Below, in pieces: positions 59,795 through 64,000 of a stretch of 64,000 nucleotides of DNA. This stretch comes from Blastocladiella emersonii ATCC 22665 (Eukaryota; Fungi; Blastocladiomycota). The position numbers and the translations under genes are program-made. A model generated the notes under the pieces. The model was not told where the DNA came from, did not search any database, and was given only the letters and a program-made list of their open reading frames with translations. The first letter of the stretch is position 1, and each line of letters starts with the position of its first letter. Where the stretch lies: positions 744,001-808,000 of the forward strand of contig JANHCV010000007.1 in the NCBI GenBank assembly GCA_025594325.1. The letters run 5' to 3'.

Positions 59795-60512
59795 ATGACC
59801 TCTTACAAGCTCCTCTACTTTCCCGCGACGGCCCGCGCCGAAGTGATCCGTCTCGTGCTTGAGGCTGCCGGTGTACGTGTGCTCCGCGTTGTTCCCGCGT
59901 TGGGCCAGACGTCGCTGACGGCCGCTCCCGCTCCCGCTCCCGCTTGTTCAGGTCGAGTACGAGAACACGTACCCCAAGAACTGGCCGGCCGAGAAGGCGA
60001 GCCTGCCGTTCGGGCAGATGCCGGTGCTCATCTTCCAGTCGGCGGACGGCAAGGAGCAGGTGGTCGCACAGTCGGCGGCCATCGTGCGGTACCTCGCGGC
60101 CAAGCACGGCCTGGTGCCGGACACGGAGCACGACGTGTTCGTCGCCGACAGCCTGGCCGAGTCGATCCGCGACGCGTACGAGGCGGTGCTCAAGGTGGTG
60201 TGGCGGACGCCCGAGGCCGAGAAGGAGGCGGCGCACGCGGACCTCAAGACCAAGGTGATCCCGGCCTTCGCCAAGGCACACGCCAAGTACCTCGCGGCCA
60301 ACGGGAGCAACGGCTACTACTTTGGGACCAAGCTGACGTACGTCGAGCTCGCGCTGTTCAACTTTGTCGAGAGCTGCCGCGGGGTGCTCGGGCCCGACGC
60401 GTTCGCGGCCGCGGGCGACGACGCGGGCCCCGTGCTCAAGGCCGTCGAGACGGTCGCGAACCACCCAAAGATCAAGGAGTACCTCGCGTCGCCGCGCCTG
60501 CACAAGAAGTAG
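59795..60512 (+). CDS. Glutathione S-transferase (sigma-like cytosolic GST); 2 exons (59795-59872, 59952-60512)
   Basis: YKLLYF..ARAEVIRL, LPFGQMPVL, QSAAIVRYLA, G.KLTYVELALF, HPKIKEY. Confidence 0.93.
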
Positions 60513-61075
60513 GTGGATAACCATGTGGCAGACTGTTGAGTTCATAAATACAGGCCCGTGAGTCTTGTCACCCAGCGTCTCGTAGAGCGCAGAGAAGCCT
60601 TGAGACGCGTTGCGTAACTCTGAAGCGAGCATGGCCGCCGCCGCAGCGGCTCGGCTCGATCCCGCACGTCAAGTGGCGCCGACGTGCGCGATGGATTCCT
60701 GCAAGAGCGTCGAGCGGCGCGGCGCGTTGCTTCAAGTCGGCGGTGCCGCGCGGCGAGTGGCGCGCCCCAGCGCCCCCGTGGCACCGCGTCGAGAAGCACC
60801 AGCCACGCCGTCGTGGCCGCGTCGCCGCTCGCTCGCCTCTCGTCGCGCTCGTCCCGCTCCTCTCCTCCCGCTCGAACACTCGCTGCAACGGAGTACTTGA
60901 ACGAGCGCACCCGCCGCCCCGGACCGATCGCCCACACCTGCGCGACCGACTCGGATCTTCGCTTCCTGCCCGAGACACGCGCCGCTGCTGCCGCTGCGAC
61001 CGCTAGTGCGCCGCCACACCACCACCACCGCCACAGCCCCCCACCCCGCAACCTTCCGAACCGGTGCCATCCGCC

Positions 61076-62891
61076 ATGTCGACCTCGTCGGGCACCACCA
61101 TGGTCGCGCTGCCGTCGTCCGCCTCGGCCACGTCGGCCGCGCACGCGCCGCTGCACCCGCACCCGCTGCACGAGTCGTCGGTGCTGCCGCACAGCCCGTC
61201 GGCGACGTCGCACTACGACGAGGACGGCGGCGCGGCTGGCGACTACGAGGACGACGGCGAGTACGACGACGAGGAGGAGGAGGACGAGGACGACTACGAC
61301 CTCGGCCTGACGCCCGCGACCACCCCGGGCGCGACCACGACCGAGGCGGGCGCCGTCGTCGCGGCCGTCTCGGCGGCCACCGCCAACTCGGCCACGGACC
61401 TGTGGCAGCGCGAGATGGCGTGCGAGCGGCTCGTGCGGTCCGGCTGGCTCGAGAAGCGCGGCGACCGCGGGCGCAAGGCGTGGAAGCGCCGCTGGTTCGT
61501 TCTGCGCGCGAGCCGCCTCGCCTACTACAAGGACGAGAGTGTACGTTCGGTCTCTCTTCGTCGCTCCACCGAGCCGTGTACTGACTCTCGCGCCCCCCAA
61601 ACAGGAATACTCGCCCCTCGGCATCCTCGCCATTGCCGAGATCCACAGCGTCACCGCCATCGAGTACTCGGCGACCCGCGCCCACGTCCTCGCCATCGTC
61701 ACGCGCAAGCGCACCCTGTACCTCGAGGCGCCCGTGCGCTCCGAGCTCGAGGCCTGGCTCGTCGCATTTGACGAGGTCGTCCGATCGCTGCCACCCTCGG
61801 TTCCCTCGGTCCTGTCGCTCAACGACCTCGCTGCCGCCCACCACGGTGCTGCCGCGCCTGCGGCCGCCGCCGCTGCTGCTGCTGGCGCGCCCGAAAACAT
61901 GACGGCCGACCCCGCCCTCGCCTCGTCGCCCGTCACGGGCTCGACCTCGCTCCTGATCCACACCCTGCGCCGCATGTCCAACCCGACTTCGGGCGCCGCC
62001 GCCGCCGGTGGGACGACCGACTCGCCCGCGCCCGTCACGGCCGGCGTGATCCCCGGCGACGACACGGATGACCCGTACGCGGGCGACAGCCCCGTCGACG
62101 ACGTCGAGTCGGGCGACGAGCTCGGCGCCATGCCGCACACTCACCAACCCGAGTCGCCGACGCGCCGCATGACGCTCGCCGCGATCGCCACCGCCGCCGC
62201 CTCCACACCAACCACCACCTCCAGCACGGCGCCCACGGCGCGCATCTCGTCGCACCAGCAGACGCTCGCGCCGTCGGTCACGGACGAGGTGGTGCGGCAG
62301 ATCACGCACCGGTCCGGGTGGCTGTGGCGGTACGAGCGGTCGGGCGTCATGGGCGGCCGGCTCGGCGGGAAGCACTGGAAGCGCCGGTGGTGCGTGCTGC
62401 GCGGCGACCGCCTCGTCGTCTACAAGGACATGCGCGAGTACTCGCCGCTGCGCGTCGTCGACGTCGCTTCCGTCCTCGACGTGCTCACCGCGCCCATGTC
62501 CAAGAGCCTCGAGAAGCATCTCCCGACGTGGGTCGCCGCGCACGCGGCAGGAGCAGGGGCGAGTCCGAGCACCCCGTCGCCCGAGTCCCCGCCGTCCCCG
62601 CCCCTGCCCGAGCCGACGCCGGCGGGCAGCGAGGAGCCGCCATTACTCTTCACGAGCAGCGCCGCGAGCGCGGCTGCTGCGGCCGCGGCTGCCGCGGACC
62701 CGACCACGACGTGCTTCCACGTCATCGCCACGGCCAAGACGCACCAGCTCGCGGCCGAGTCGCGCGACGACATGTGCGCGTGGGTCCGCGACCTGCGCCG
62801 GCTCATGGCGCCGTACCACGCGGGCGTCGTGGTCGCGGGGGCGGCAACGGATGCCGCGGATGCACACCATCCCGCGGGCCACGCGCTGTAG
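61076..62891 (+). CDS. Tandem PH-domain protein; 2 exons (61076-61540, 61605-62891)
   Basis: Two PH domains: RSGWLEKRG..WKRRWFVLR..LAYYKDE..AW and RSGWLWR..WKRRWCVLRGDRLVVYKD..AESRDDMCAWV. Confidence 0.88.
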
Positions 62892-62958
62892 ACATGGGAG
62901 AGATTACTGGTATATATAAACGGCCCGTTTGTGTTCTACTCCACGTCGTCGACGCGTT

Positions 62959-63987
62959 CTAGTGCTTCTCGTCCTTGCGATCGTCGCCGTCGCGCTCGTC
63001 GTCGTCATCGGCCCAGCCAGTCTCGGCGCTCTGCACCAGGACCACGCCGCCCTTCCCGCCCGCCACCTCGGCACGCACCACGCCCTGCTTCGCGGCATCA
63101 CCCGGCACGCTCCCGCTGACCGCCGTCGTCGGCAGCTTGTTCACCACGACGCCCGCGCCGCCGGCCGCCGTCCAGTCGACCGCAACCCCCGTCGGCACGC
63201 GCACCGTGACGCCGCCGCGGCCCAGGGTCGCGCTGACGCTCCACCCGGCGGTCAGCGGGCTGAGCGCAATCTTCGCGTGGCCCTCGGGCGCGGTCACGGC
63301 GACACGCGCGTCCTTGCCGACCGCGACGCGGCCGAGGACCACGTCGCCCGCGCGGGACGCGGTGAAGGTGAGCGACCCCCCGCCGTCGGCCGCAAGCGAG
63401 ATGGTGCCGTTGCTCGGCTGGACGAGTTTGCCCCATGCCGTGGACACGGAGAGCCGCGCGAGTGTCGCGGTGCCGTGCAGGTACGTCGAGTGGAAGTATC
63501 CCTCGGTCTCGATTGAGATCGGGTCGGAGGAAGAGGAAGCGGGGAGGGTGAGCTTCGTCACGGTCGACCCGCCGCACGGCAGCGAGTACAGCGACGGCCA
63601 GAAGGAGCGCGGGCGGCCGCCGGGCGTCAGCGTCCACACGGGGCCCGCGGGCTGGGCGAGAGTCAAAGGCAGGGAGGACGGGTCCGAGGAGGACGAGTAC
63701 TGCGCGACCGTGTACGACAGCGTGCCTGGCTGGGTGCCGTTGAAGTTGACGATGAGACGGTGGCTCGTCGACTTGATGGAAGCGTGGGTCAGCAAGCTGG
63801 TCAGCGAGGGCGGCGTGGTGAGAGCGAAGTGGGACGTACGATCTTGGTCGCATCGACACGAATCCCAGTGATCCCAATGAGCGAGTGCGTGCCCGACTCG
63901 ATGCGTCTCGCCGCCGTGGTCCCGAACTTGCTCGCGTCGACGGGGTGGCACGACGAGCGCGTGGCCAGGTACGCGATCTACACGCAC
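62959..63987 (-). CDS. Partial gene (5' end probably outside the window); beta-strand-rich repeat protein, possibly adhesin/DUF4097-like
   Basis: Host-like codon usage and repeated short V/T/G-rich beta-strand segments ending ..DEKH*. The family assignment is tentative. Confidence 0.5.
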   Translation of the reverse strand: MRVDRVPGHALVVPPRRREQVRDHGGETHRVGHALAHWDHWDSCRCDQDRTSHFALTTPPSLTSLLTHASIKSTSHRLIVNFNGTQPGTLSYTVAQYSSSSDPSSLPLTLAQPAGPVWTLTPGGRPRSFWPSLYSLPCGGSTVTKLTLPASSSSDPISIETEGYFHSTYLHGTATLARLSVSTAWGKLVQPSNGTISLAADGGGSLTFTASRAGDVVLGRVAVGKDARVAVTAPEGHAKIALSPLTAGWSVSATLGRGGVTVRVPTGVAVDWTAAGGAGVVVNKLPTTAVSGSVPGDAAKQGVVRAEVAGGKGGVVLVQSAETGWADDDDERDGDDRKDEKH

Positions 63988-64000
63988 GAGTCAGCCGTGG

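Overview
This is a gene-dense, very GC-rich eukaryotic window. Introns are short (about 60-80 nt) with GTACGC/GTGCGT donors and CTRAC branch points. IFT25 and CFAP298 indicate a flagellated organism, and a zoosporic fungus, probably Blastocladiomycota, is my inference. About 21 ordinary host genes can be assembled: SNF5-family subunit, IFT25, CFAP298, UBA4, an SBP-ectodomain class C GPCR, MOD5, an ARM/SPRY protein, NHX1, PRP19, PDCD5, NDK, nucleolar FKBP, a 2OG-Fe(II) oxygenase, a CBM48 protein, a U-box/FHA/SAM protein, an ABCG transporter, a subtilisin, a GST, a tandem PH protein and others. Two lower-GC islands interrupt these genes and each holds a tandem array of an unrecognised family. 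Island 1 (about 10.0-14.8 kb) has three copies of 'family B', whose proteins appear to be an internal duplication of one domain. Island 2 (about 44.5-59.3 kb) has six copies of a 5-exon 'family A': five look intact and one is a clear pseudogene. They keep the same intron positions and motifs and share a conserved upstream DNA element, despite strong protein divergence. Family A is the best candidate for an undescribed system. A decayed tRNA-Ala-like element and an in-frame TAG at a conserved Trp codon were also found. Exon boundaries were read by eye and no database searches were run.
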